Shown: positions 24,066-35,471 of the stretch, piece after piece
How the letters are laid out: each line of letters opens with the position of its first letter
Numbering within the stretch: position 1 is the first letter of the stretch
Assembly: GCF_001194135.2 (NCBI RefSeq)
Contig: NC_068988.1
Span: forward strand, 81,341,658-81,405,657
Reading direction: 5' to 3'
Source of the DNA: Octopus bimaculoides
Taxonomy: Eukaryota
DNA length: 64,000 bases
Notes under the pieces: generated by a model
What the model was told of the DNA's origin: nothing
The model's database searches: none
What the model saw: only the letters and a program-made list of their open reading frames with translations
Position numbers and translations under genes: made by a program

Positions 24066-24453
24066 GGAGGCACAATGGTCCAGTGCTTAGGGCAGCGGAC
24101 TTGTGTTCGTAGGATCATGGTTTCAATTCCCAGACCGGGCGTTGTGAGGGTTTATTGAGCGAAAACACTTAAAGCTCCACGAGGCTCCAGCAGGGAGTGG
24201 TGGCGAACCCTGGTGTACTCTTTCACCACTACTTTCTCTCATTCTTTCTTCCTGTTTCTGTTGTACCTGTATTTCAAAGGGTCAGCCTTGTCACACTCTG
24301 TGTCATGCTGAATCTCCCTCGAGAACTACGTTAAGGGTACATGTGTCTATGGAGTGCGCAGCCACTTGCACGTTAATTTCACGAGCAGGCTGTTCCATTG
24401 ATTGGATCAACTGGAACCCTCATCGTCGTAACTGATGGAGTGCCACGCCACCA
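24066..24453 (+). mobile_element. tRNA-headed SINE family 2
   Basis: ggaggcacaatggtccagtgcttagggcagcggac head; probable TSD ctagactac at 24054 and 24454. Confidence 0.85.
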
Positions 24454-24708
24454 CTAGACTACTTGTAACCTGTTGGAACACCTGGAAAGTCTGAGTTTCC
24501 CCAGAAAAGGAAAGATTTGGCTGCTATTTCTTGCACAGTCTGCTACCATGTAACAGGTATTTCGAGTCCTTTATTGCAAATAGCTGTATACACACCCACA
24601 CACANNNNNNNNNNNNNNNNNNNNNNNNNNNNNNNNNNNNNNNNNNNNNNNATATATATATATATATGTATATATATGTATATATATATATACACATACA
24701 TACATACA

Positions 24709-24744
<36 letters not shown>

Positions 24745-24760
24745 CATACACATATACATA

Positions 24761-25256
24761 TGTAAGATAGAAAATTGGTTGGCACTGGAAGGGTTCCACA
24801 CAATTCCTTACATAAATGTTAGAGGAAAATTATCGGAACAAGAAAACATCCGAACATAAAAACAATCCTTTTATTTTGTATGTACAAAAATTTACATCTT
24901 GGGACAATCAGTAGCCAGGTCTGGTGTGGAAGCAGTAAAGTCGGAGCTAATCATACTTTGTGAAGGCATTCTTCCCAGAACTCCAGCTACACAGAGCTGG
25001 TCAAATACCAGTCAGCAGCAAAGGCAAACAGAGAGCTACTGAGGACACGTCTGCATAGTTCAGCGGCTGCATCTCGAGCCCGAGATACAAGAGAACTCTG
25101 CTGCTGCTAGTTTTCTGCGCATGCGCATCAGGGACCTTTCGGCAGGCATTCCAGAAGGTTCCAACCCTGTGCATGCATGCTGNNNNNNNNNNAGGCATTC
25201 CAGAAGGTTCCAACCCTGTGCATGCATGCTGGGACCCCCAAAATGACGTCACTACA
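24761..25256 (-). mobile_element. 3' LTR of the Gypsy element
   Basis: On the minus strand: polypurine tract gagggggag, then TGTAG ... AATAAA ... TTACA. Confidence 0.75.
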
Positions 25257-27360
25257 AGGCTCCCCCTCGAGTGCGGAAGCACGAAACAGAAGACTGTAGT
25301 GGCTCCAGAAGACAAGATGGCCACCGATCACCCAGAAGATGTGGCACACAATATGACAACTCAAATATCAATACAAAAAGGAATAAACATGCACAACAAT
25401 TGTTTTTTTTTTTACAAAATGTTCAAGAGTAAAAAAAATGAAATGGGCCAAGAGAGAAAAAATGAATGTCAAATGTAAACTGTTTTTGAAAGTTTCTTGG
25501 GCCAGTGAACAGTTCGGCCTGATCTTGTAATGTAAGGTTTGCTCGAGGCAGGCTGCGACAACGAAGGTGCTGTTATTGGTGCTGGTGTTGTCAAAGGTGC
25601 ATGTGTAGGTGATGGTATTGTCAAGGGTGCATGTGTAGGTTCAAAGGTGGGTGTGGCAGTGGTGTCATCAAAAGATGTGAACACCTCAAAATATGCCTTT
25701 TTAAGCCTCAGCTGGCACAAAGAAGTAGGAGGCGTGATACGCTGAATTGCATCGACTTTAGACGAAGAGGTTTGATGTCATTTGAGTCAATATGGTGGCC
25801 GAGAAAGTCAAGAGAAGATTGCCCGAACACACACTTGCCTGGATTAATGCGCATACCATAGTCGCAAAGGACGCTGAAAAAGCTGAAACAAGTGCCGGAG
25901 ATTATTCTCACGTGTGTTGTGATGAGGATATCATCGACATAATTGAACACCAAATCAAGTCTGCGGACAACTTCATCTATAAAATGCTGGAACGTGCTAG
26001 TAGCTTTTTGCAAACTGAAACTCATGTATAAAAACTCAAAACAACCAAAAGGAGTGGTAATGGCAGTTTTCGGAACATCGACTGGGTTGACCAGTATTTG
26101 GTGATAAGCATATATAAGGTCAACTTTAAAAAAAATTGTACTGTCATGAAGATGCGCAAAAAAATCCTGGAGATTCCTTATAGGATATCTGTCAGGTACT
26201 GTTACTGAACTGAGACGCCTATAATCCCCCACCGGGTGAAAATCAGTATCCCCTTTCCGAAACTAAATGAATGAGAGATGCCCATGGGCTGGTGGAGGGG
26301 TGTATCAGGCCAAGTTGGAGAATATGCTCAAACTCAGCCCTAGCCGTTTTGAGACGGTCAGGTGCAAGACACCATGGGCGCAAAAAAGCAGGCGGCCCAG
26401 TAGTGGTAATAAAATGGAAGGTTGAGTGTGCAGGTTTTGCCGGCTGAAAAGTGATGTCAACTAGCTCCGGAAAAGAAGCCAAAAGAGAATGAAAAGCATC
26501 TCCAGAGGTGTCAACAAAAGATGTCAGGCTAAGAGCTGCATTGGTAGATCCTCTTGTCAGCGTAGAGAGCGAAGTCGAATTGTCGACGAGCCTCCGACGC
26601 CTGACATCTATCAATAAATCAAAATGATTTAGAAAATCAGCACCCAAAATAGGATGCGGAATGTCAGCAATGACAAAATCCCATTGAAAATCTCAACAAC
26701 GATTGATGTTGAGGTGTAAAGAAATCTGACTGAATGTGCTATGGGAGACGAGTCAATAGCAATAGCGTGCAGAATAATAGAAGAGCGTTTTGGCTTGTCT
26801 GTAATGAGACTAAAAGGCCAAATGCTACTACAAGAACCGGTGTCAATCATGAAGAATTTCTTCGACACCAGATCTTTCACAAAGAATGCACGATAACTAG
26901 AAAGGGAAGAGGAGGAAGTTGACGTGCCCAACTCCTCCGAAGCTAGTTTAACTGTTTGAAACTATAAGGCTGGATGCACTTGTACGCTTTGTCTCCAAAT
27001 CTGGAGTGGTACCAACACAGCCCGGAGTGTGACCGAGAGGTACAAGAGACAGAACGACTGCAACTACGTGAACATGAAAAACGCTTGCTACTGCGGCACA
27101 ATGCGTCCATCCTTTTAGTGAGAGTGTCCAGCTTTGCAGAAAGATCATCATATGACAAAAGAGAAGATTTAGCTGAGGCTGCTGCAGAGGCCTCAGAGCA
27201 GACGCAAGCACCACGCGACGATGGTTGTGCAGAGAATTCAATTATTTTATCCGCCATAGTGGCGATTTGGTCCACAGTGTTGGACTCAAGGGCTGTGGCC
27301 AGAATAGTTTGTAGGCTGGAAGGCAACCTTGAGAAGAAAATCTTCCTAAGAGTGTAAGTG
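25257..27360 (-). mobile_element. CsRN1-like Ty3/Gypsy internal region (gag, protease, RT, integrase tail), decayed
   Basis: Gag knuckle LCWYHSRFGDKAYKCIQP(Y); protease FMIDTGS; RT YPIRNLQD, KTAITTPFG.FEF, YVDDIL, KCVFGQSSLDFLGH; integrase end YITRSGRTVHWPKKL. Confidence 0.95.
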
Positions 27361-27374
27361 CCCCGAGAGTAGAG

Positions 27375-28137
27375 TTAGACATAAGAAACATCAGATGTAG
27401 TGTGCAAGAGAAACTATTGCACTGGTATGGTCATGTGTTACGTATGGACAAGGATAGCTGTGTGAAGAAGTGTCACGCCCTAACAGTGGAGGGAACCTGT
27501 GGAAGAGATAGATCCATGAAGACATGGAATGAGGTGGTGAAGCATGACTTTTGAACATTGAGCCTCACAGAGGTCATGACAAGTGACCAGGATATGCTGT
27601 GATTAAGACCTAGCAAGTCAAGTGAGATCGTAGCTGTGGCCTATGCCAGCGACGCATAACCAGCTCTTTTAAAAGTACCCTTCAATCGTCAGGTAATATG
27701 CTGTGCTTGAGAAGACCTGCTGAATCAAGTGAAATCGAAGCTGTGGCCTATGCCAGCGACGCATAACCAGCTCTTTTAAAAGTACCCTTCAATCATCAGG
27801 TAATATTCTGTGCTTGAGAAGACCTGCTGAATCAAGTGAAATCGTAGTTGTGGTCAATGCCAGTGCCACCTGACTGGCTTATGTGCCAGTGGCACGTAAA
27901 AAGCACCATTTGAATGTGGTTGACGCTAATGCCACCTGACTGGCTTGCATGCCTGTGGCATGTAAAAAGCACCCACTACACTCTCAGGGGTTAGTGTTAG
28001 GAAGGATATCCAGCTGTAGAAACCTTGCCAGATCAGATTGGAGCCTGGTGCAGCCCCCTGGCTCACCAGTCCTCAGTCAAACTATCCAACCCATGCCAGC
28101 ATGGAAAGCGGACATTAAAAGATGATGATGATGATTA
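27375..28137 (+). mobile_element. RTE LINE 3' end with an internal ~109-bp tandem duplication
   Basis: Matches the 3' end of the 36.3-kb RTE (HWYGHVLRMDKDSCVKKC); duplicated unit at ~27617-27850; (GAT)n tail. Confidence 0.8.
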
Positions 28138-28169
28138 TATATTTATACATATGTATATATGTGTACAGA

Positions 28170-28217
<48 letters not shown>

Positions 28218-28746
28218 CACATATACACACACATATGCATATTTATACACGTACTATATGTATATATAAATAGATATATGTCTGCATATGCATGTGTGTG
28301 TGTGTTACTGTCACACACGTTTGCACTTGTCCTTCAAAAATACTTTGATCTTTTATTTCACCTTTACGCAAAAATGAACAACATCTCAACTTGGCTGAGA
28401 TAATTTTTGGCCCAAGAAGCACAGACAAATCACTTTGATGCCATTTTACAATAAGAATACTGGAACTTGTAGGAAAGATCACTGAAGTTTGTTAATCTGG
28501 TCATATAAAGATCTTTTTCGGAAAAGAGTTTTTTATGTAAATATTATTCATAGAAATAGCAATTGTCATAGGATTTTACTTCTCTTTAATAAAAAGAAAA
28601 CTAGAAACATTTATCATTTGACTGTTATTAAATGTTTCTAGATTGTCAGTTCCCTGTTATTGAGTATAGGAGATGGCCGTCATTGATAGATGAGGTGGAT
28701 GTCCGGTGAGACCTGCTGATAACGGCTGAAGAAAAGACATTGGAAT

Positions 28747-28779
<33 letters not shown>

Positions 28780-29131
28780 AGCAACCACCACCACCATCAC
28801 AACATATAACTGAAATTTTGTTAAATATTGTTTTGTAGTTTTCAGACAAAATTAGTACTAGTTCTTTATTAAAACTTGTTTCAAAGACTGTTGAATCTCT
28901 CACTTTCTTCCTCTCTCTCTCACTCTCTCTTCCTCTCTCACCCCTCTCTCTCACTCTCTCTTCTTCTCTCACCCCTCTCTCTCACCCCTCTCTCTCACTC
29001 TCTCTTCCTCTCTCACCCCTCTCTCTTTCTCTACCCCTCTCTCTTTCTCTTCCCCTCTCTCTTTCTCTTCCCCTCTCTCTTTCTCTTCCCCTCTCTCTCC
29101 CCCTCTCTCTTTATCTTCCCCTACTCTCTCT

Positions 29132-29206
<75 letters not shown>

Positions 29207-29356
29207 CATCAGGCTTCTTTCACTTTCTGTTTAGAAAATTCACTCACAAGGGTTTGTTCAGTGTAAGGCTCCATTAGAAGACACCTGTGAAAACTGCAGC
29301 ACAGTGGAACAGAACCTGAGGCCACAGGGTTTGGAAGTAAAATTCTTAACTGCAAC

Positions 29357-29421
<65 letters not shown>

Positions 29422-29464
29422 TTATCTAACTATTTATCTATCGATCTGTCTATCTGTCTATCTC

Positions 29465-29693
29465 ATTTCTTTACTACCCACATGGGGCTAAACACAGAGG
29501 GGACAAACAAGGACAGATAAAGGGATTAAGTCGATTGTATCGACCCCAGTGCGTAACTGGTACTTATTTAATCGACTCCGAAAGGATGAAAGGCAAAGTC
29601 GACCTCGGCGGAATTTGAACTCAGAACGTAGCGGCAGACAAAATACCACTAAGCATTTCACTGGTGTGCTAACGTTTCTGTCAGCTCGCTGCC
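29465..29693 (-). mobile_element. tRNA-headed SINE family 1
   Basis: Reverse complement of the 16528 copy. Confidence 0.9.
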
Positions 29694-30221
29694 TGTCTAT
29701 CTATCTATCTAGCTAGCTAGCTATCAATTTATCTATATGTATGTACATACGTAGATACATATGTATGAATGTATGCATATATATATATATGTGTGTAGAT
29801 ATATATATGTATACATATGTACATATATATGTATGTATATATATATATATGTATATATATACATATGTGTATATATATATATATGTATATATATATATAN
29901 NNNNNNNNNNNNNNNNNNNNNNNNNNNNNNNNNNNNNNNNNNNNNNNNNNNNNNNNNNNNNNNNNNNNNNNNNNNNNNNNNNNNNNNNNNNNNNNNNNNN
30001 NNNNNNNNNNNNNNNNNNNNNNNNNNNNNNNNNNNNNNNNNNNNNNNNNNNNNNNNNNNNNNNNNNNNNNNNNNNNNNNNNNNNNNNNNNNNNNNNNNNN
30101 NNNNNNNNNNNNNNNNNNNNNNNNNNNNNNNNNNNNNNNNNNNNNNNNNNNNNNNNNNNNNNNNNNNNNNNNNNNNNNNNNNNNNNNNNNNNNNNNNNNN
30201 NNNNNNNNNNNNNNNNNNNNN

Positions 30222-30545
30222 NTAGACTCGGCTATGTCAAGATGGATTTATGTATTCTTCCTCCCACTTGGATTTTTATGTATTCTTTCTCCCACTTGGA
30301 TTTGAAATGTTGCCACAATTATGATATGTCTATTCTACTGTAATTTTCTGCATTTTCGTGCAGCTGAAGATTGCTCTTCATATTGCATTTAATGTAATGA
30401 TCGCATTACTTAAATAAATGGAGTAGCATGAAACGTGCGTACTGCAATCATCTTTGAAATCCGTGTTGCTTATTTTGGAATGGTTTTTGTATAATACCAT
30501 ACCATACGATATTCTGGTGCCTACACATAAGTACCATATTCAATC
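30222..30545 (+). mobile_element. HHR-bearing terminal repeat, copy A (older)
   Basis: Diverged homologue of copies B and C; ends at (TA)n 30546. Confidence 0.75.
30359..30446 (+). ncRNA. Minimal type I hammerhead (copy A)
   Basis: tgcag-CTGAAGA-(59 nt)-GAAAC-GTGC-GTA-ctgca; 5-bp stem I, intact core. Confidence 0.7.
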
Positions 30546-30559
30546 TATATATATATATA

Positions 30560-30942
30560 AAATTTAGATTCAAGGTGAATGTGGTACTTAAGTTTAGGCA
30601 CCAGAATTNNNNNNNNNNCAAGGTGAATATGGTACTTAAGTTTAGGCACCAGAATTAAGTATGGTATAATCCAAACAATTCCAAAATAAGGTGATTAAAA
30701 TCAAAACAAGCAACAAGGATATTCAAAGTTAATGCAGTACGATCGTTTCATGTGACTCCATTTATTTAAGCAATGTGAACATTACATTGAATGTAAAATG
30801 TAGAGCAATTCTCAGCTGCACAAAGATATAGAAATTTACTGAAATTTCATTTCAACAGAAGGACATATTGTTGTAACTACATTAAAACTCTCCAAATGGA
30901 AAGGAAGAATACAAAAAACCATTTTGATTTAGCCAGACCATA
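30560..30942 (-). mobile_element. HHR-bearing terminal repeat, copy B (inverted, with tail extension)
   Basis: 30690-30942 is the reverse complement of 31546-31799, with about 12 differences in ~250 bp. Confidence 0.85.
30733..30820 (-). ncRNA. Minimal type I hammerhead (copy B, G8A)
   Basis: tgcag-CTGAGAA-...-GAAAC-GATC-GTA-ctgca; palindrome ACGATCGT. Confidence 0.65.
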
Positions 30943-31545
30943 CAGGCTAGTAATTAATTCCAAGAAGATTTTAACAGTCACTGATTTTAATTGTTTTTTT
31001 GTTTCATCTTATCAGACCTAGTGATTCAAAGCTTAAGAGGGCACCAGCCTTTTCCTTATAGGGAAAGAGAAAGGGGTAAGCAATATACATGGATGATATG
31101 GTTATAAAGATATTCATATGGTTTTAGTGACAAACTATTATAGGTTGTGGGGTTGTCTCTATTAGCAGACCAGTTTATAATGGAGCAGGGGAAGTTTAAC
31201 AAAAGACACCTAGGTCAAAAGTATATAAAATAAAGTTGCTATGTGTGTACAGATACAGTATATGTTTATTCATAGTTTGCATTAATCAGAATAATATATC
31301 AGTATTGTTTTACATATGCTAAGTTTGCAAATTAATAATGAAATAAGAAATAAAAAGAAAATAGTGTATATTAATGTAACTAATCAATACATTCAGTATG
31401 CAAAAACCATGAAGTAGTATTAATTTAAAATACTTTGGTAAAGTACATTTAGATTTGTTTACACCAATAGAAAGAATGTGAAATAAAGATTTTTTTATAT
31501 ATATTGGACTAAAAGTTATTTTAAAATTTAAAATTAAAACTTATA

Positions 31546-31799
31546 TATGGTCTGGCTAAGTCAAAATGGTTTTTTTGTATTCTTCCATTCCACTTGGAAA
31601 GTTTAAATGTAGTTACAACAATATGTCCTTCTGTTGAAATGAAATTTCAGTAAATTTCTATATCTTTGTGCAGCTGAGGATTGCTCTGCATTTTACATTT
31701 AATGTAATGTTCACATTGCTTAAATAAATGGTGTCACATGAAATGATCGTACTGCATTAACTTTGAATATCCTTGTTGCTTATTTTGATTTTAATCACC
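31546..31799 (+). mobile_element. HHR-bearing terminal repeat, copy C
   Basis: Inverted partner of copy B across a 603-bp spacer. Confidence 0.85.
31668..31757 (+). ncRNA. Minimal type I hammerhead (copy C)
   Basis: gtgcag-CTGAGGA-...-GAAAT-GATC-GTA-ctgcat; 6-bp stem I including one G-U pair. Confidence 0.7.
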
Positions 31800-32082
31800 A
31801 TAGGTATATGTATATACATATATTTACATATAAGAGACAAGGTGTATGTATGCCGCTATATATGTATATATATATATATTTAATTAAATGTATTTATTCT
31901 ATCCTAATAAATAATAATTCTGATAGAATAAATGGGTTAATAGAAACCAAGGTAGCAGAGATCACAAAATAACTGTGGTGTAATTCTTGTTGGTGAGGCA
32001 GAGACTCCTTGAAATTTTGGGTATTTGAGTATATTTAAAAATTTAAGGAATGGAGAAAACGCATGTTATAACTGCATACTTT

Positions 32083-32099
32083 ATTCCGACATATGTTTC
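32083..32099 (-). ncRNA. 3' half of a minimal hammerhead; the 5' core is damaged or lies in the adjacent N gap
   Basis: GAAAC-ATAT-GTC-ggaat with palindrome ACATATGT. Confidence 0.4.
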
Positions 32100-32145
32100 G
32101 AAGAATTACAATTTATGCGATCCATAGGAATTTATNNNNNNNNNN

Positions 32146-32460
32146 CAGATACACGATACAAAGAAAACAAGGACGGGTCATTTGGAGGTTTCTTTTCTCA
32201 GTCGAGATCCAGATTATCCTTGCAATTTCAGCTGGTTATTCTCGATATTGCTCCAATCTGGCCAGCCCCAAGGAAAAACTAAGCTAAGACCATTAGATTC
32301 CTTGGAAGAAAGCAGCGAATGTATACAAAAACAAGGACGGAAGAAAACAATGTTACACAAATACAATAAAAATAATAACAGGACATAACAACAGATGTCT
32401 TTCGACTAAGGATGAATTACATTAAGCTGGCATGTGTGGAAATAAAAATTTATTTTTCTA
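32146..32460 (-). mobile_element. Repeat family X, copy 3
   Basis: Colinear with 23075-23520. Confidence 0.65.
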
Positions 32461-32479
32461 CACACTAGACAATGATCAA

Positions 32480-32860
32480 CCCAGCTCTATGCTCCTCTCA
32501 TAGCCTGAACACTAGAAACATCTTTCATATGCTTTCTGATCAAATGTAATCTATGAGGTGCCAATCCTTAGATCTTGGGTACATCCAGGTGGTTTTATAT
32601 TTATTTTTCTGCTTAAACAGAGTGTTGGTAACAACCAGATTATTCTCAGTACAAAACGTCAAAAGAGCTACTCCATTTTTATTACATTTTCCAGTCCCAT
32701 GTTGACCTAAAACAGGCCATGAAACATAGTCATTTCCAGCTTCTGCGTTGAAATCTCCCGATATGACCAGCTTGTCAGAAATTGGTATTTTCCTCAATAA
32801 TTGTGCTAGATTGTCATAAAATTGTCCTACAGTTTCATCAGAATGAGACAGAGCTAGAGT
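32480..32860 (-). mobile_element. BovB-like RTE AP-endonuclease segment (inverted)
   Basis: SDETVGQFYD, GDFNAE, NGVALLTFC, NTLFKQ, YPRSKDWHLIDYI. Confidence 0.9.
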
Positions 32861-33930
32861 TAACTTTGGTGGTAGGTTCTCTGAATCTTTTGCTGTGAAA
32901 AATGGAGTAAAGCAAGGAGACCTTGATGCATCCACCCTCTTTGCAATATACTTTGCTGTTGTACTGTCACATGCTTTTCAAAACTCTGAGGAGGGTATTT
33001 ACATAAAATGTCAAACAAGTGGGAATGATTTTAATCTGACGAGACTGAAATTCAAAACAAAGGTTTTTACTTCACTCATTAGGGAACTCTTATACACTGA
33101 CAATTGCGATCTTGTCAGTCATTCTGAAACAGGTCTGCAATATCTTGTATCTGCATTTGACTTGGTGTGTGATGATTTTGGCTTGACCATCAACTTGAAA
33201 AACAGTTGTAATGCATCAACCTGCGTGTGGTGCTGCTTGCAACCCCACTAAAATTTTTGTTAAGGGTAAGTTACTTGAGGTTGTTGATTCTTTCATCTAC
33301 CTTGGAAGCTCTGTACAAAATGATGAAAATCTGGACACAGAAATACATCTGCGAATTAAAAAGGCAGCGCAAGCATTTGGTGGTTTGGAGTCATGCATTT
33401 GGTGCCAATGACATGTAAATAACAACAAAAATTGGCTCTTTATAAATTGTTTGTCTTACCATCCTTGTTGTATTCTTCTGAAACATGGACATGTTATGAA
33501 AGACATTTCAAATTGTTAGAACAATTCCATCAAAAATGCCTTCATTGCACTTACATTTACATTGCATTAAACATGGGGTAAACCTTAAAAGAAACTTAAG
33601 GATGGCAAAAGACTACCATGAAGTCACTTGGAATAGATCCAGAGGACATAGAAACCCTTGCTTGGGATCGAGCTGGATGGCGAACAAAAGTGTGGAGTGG
33701 AGTGAAAGCGTTTGAAGAGGCCAGGATAATGCATGCTAGACTCAAGAGAGATTTGAAGAAGAATGTTACGATCGAGAAGGTGAATCACAATGACCTTTTT
33801 GTGTGCACAGTTTGTGACAGACTATACCTTTCTTTTACTGGATTCAAATCTCATTTGCGGACCCATGAAAAACGAACCTTCACCAACTATTCTGTCTATA
33901 TGCCTGTGCACACCTTTGATGCAGTGTATG
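32851..33930 (+). mobile_element. BovB-like RTE RT C-terminal half and 3' end
   Basis: FAVKNGVKQG, RELLYTDNCDL, FIYLGS, terminal CTVCDRLYLSFTGFKSHLRTH zinc finger. Confidence 0.9.
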
Positions 33931-34275
33931 CNNNNNNNNNNNNNNNNNNNNNNNNNNNNNNNNNNNNNNNNNNNNNNNNNNNNNNNNNNNNNNNNNNNNN
34001 NNNNNNNNNNNNNNNNNNNNNNNNNNNNNNNNNNNNNNNNNNNNNNNNNNNNNNNNNNNNNNNNNNNNNNNNNNNNNNNNNNNNNNNNNNNNNNNNNNNN
34101 NNNNNNNNNNNNNNNNNNNNNNNNNNNNNNNNNNNNNNNNNNNNNNNNNNNNNNNNNNNNNNNNNNNNNNNNNNNNNNNNNNNNNNNNNNNNNNNNNNNN
34201 NNNNNNNNNNNNNNNNNNNNNNNNNNNNNNNNNNNNNNNNNAGATAGATAGATATATACATATATATATATATAT

Positions 34276-34485
34276 TCTTTTACTCTTTTACTTGTTTCAG
34301 TCATTTGACTGTGGCCATGCTGGAGCACCACCTTTAGTCGAGCAAATCGACCCCAGGACTTATTCTTTGGAAGCCTAGTACTTATTCTATCGGTCTCTTT
34401 TGCCGAATTGCTAAGTTACAGGGATGTAAACACACCACCATCGGTTGTCAAGCGATGTTGGAGGGACAAACACAGACACACATAC
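34276..34485 (-). mobile_element. SINE family 3, 3' part
   Basis: cttttactcttttacttgtttcagtcatttgactgtggccatgctggagcacc; same as the 49396 copy. Confidence 0.85.
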
Positions 34486-35193
34486 ATATATATCTTACTG
34501 GAGGTCTTTATGATGCCATTCTACTTACAGTTATAAACAACACCCCTTCCTTAGAAAGATTAAGGAAGTATCTACACAAGTTTTAAAAAAAATTTAATCC
34601 AACTATCTTGCTCAAAAAAGGAGTTTCCACTGTTAATTTCTGAGACCTAACTTTAGATTTAACCTCACAAACATAAACACTCTTAACTTAATGAGAACCT
34701 ACTACACACACACATGCACACATACACATGCATACATACACATACACACATCTATTATACACATGTATAATTATTAGTGACAGAGGCAGTATTAATATCA
34801 AGAGAAGAGCTTTCATATAGATATATAGTGCATAAAAACACGCATGTTTATATGGTTGGCAGATGAGAATCATCTTCCAGAACTGCCTAATCACATAATT
34901 TCAATGTGCTCTTGTCTCACCAACTATCTGGCAGCCAAATTTCACAGCGAACAAGATATGGAATTTTAGTGTCTTTTCAGGCACTGATGTGGCAATTGGC
35001 CAACAGGCTTATTAAAAATAATTATTAGCAGCAGAAACAGTATTAATACCAAAAGATAATCTTTATAGCCATCTTAATGTGAATGTATTGTTAGAGTGCC
35101 AAATATAGTATTCGGAGTTCTAACAATACATCCATGCACAACTGGATTTTAAAATTGCCACATATATATATTTGTGTGTGTGTATATTTATAT

Positions 35194-35471
35194 ATGCAAA
35201 AAATATGCATAAAAAATAAAAGAAGCAAAATACACACACTTTACATAGTTTTAATATATTTTAAATATATTTTATGTTGTGTTTGTCAACAGGTTTCGCT
35301 TTTACTAATCATGACATTGAAGTTATTGTAATTTCGTAAATTTCAATGTCATGGTTAGCAAAAGTGAAACCGGTTGACAAACACAGTATAAAATATATTA
35401 AGAAATATATTAGAACTATGTAAAGTGTATGCATTTTCCTTCTTTTATTTTTTTATATATATTTTTTGCAT
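35194..35471. repeat. ~280-bp near-perfect palindrome (hairpin, MITE-like)
   Basis: Arms ~130 bp, e.g. tgtgtttgtcaacaggtttcgcttttactaatcatgacattgaa / ttcaatgtcatggttagcaaaagtgaaaccggttgacaaacaca; loop ~15 nt. Confidence 0.85.

Noticed and set aside
24066-24140. tRNA-like sequences at SINE heads (also ~16350-16425, 16528-16620, 22510-22570)
   Set aside because: A/B-box heads continue into SINE bodies present in several copies, with no complete cloverleaf; they are not tRNA genes.
25144-25231. 39-bp direct repeat in the LTR
   Set aside because: Copies sit either side of a 10-N gap; most likely an unmerged contig overlap.
28318-28482. Open frames on both strands, with a YFDLLF similarity to the 9213 candidate exon
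   Set aside because: A 14-nt match in T-rich sequence with no extendable alignment or consistent splice model.
29741-29899. YIYI, HTHT and CVCV low-complexity ORFs throughout the window
   Set aside because: Translations of dinucleotide and tetranucleotide microsatellites.
30571-30656. 38-bp direct repeat in copy B tail
   Set aside because: Also straddles a 10-N gap with one SNP; probable haplotype-overlap artefact.
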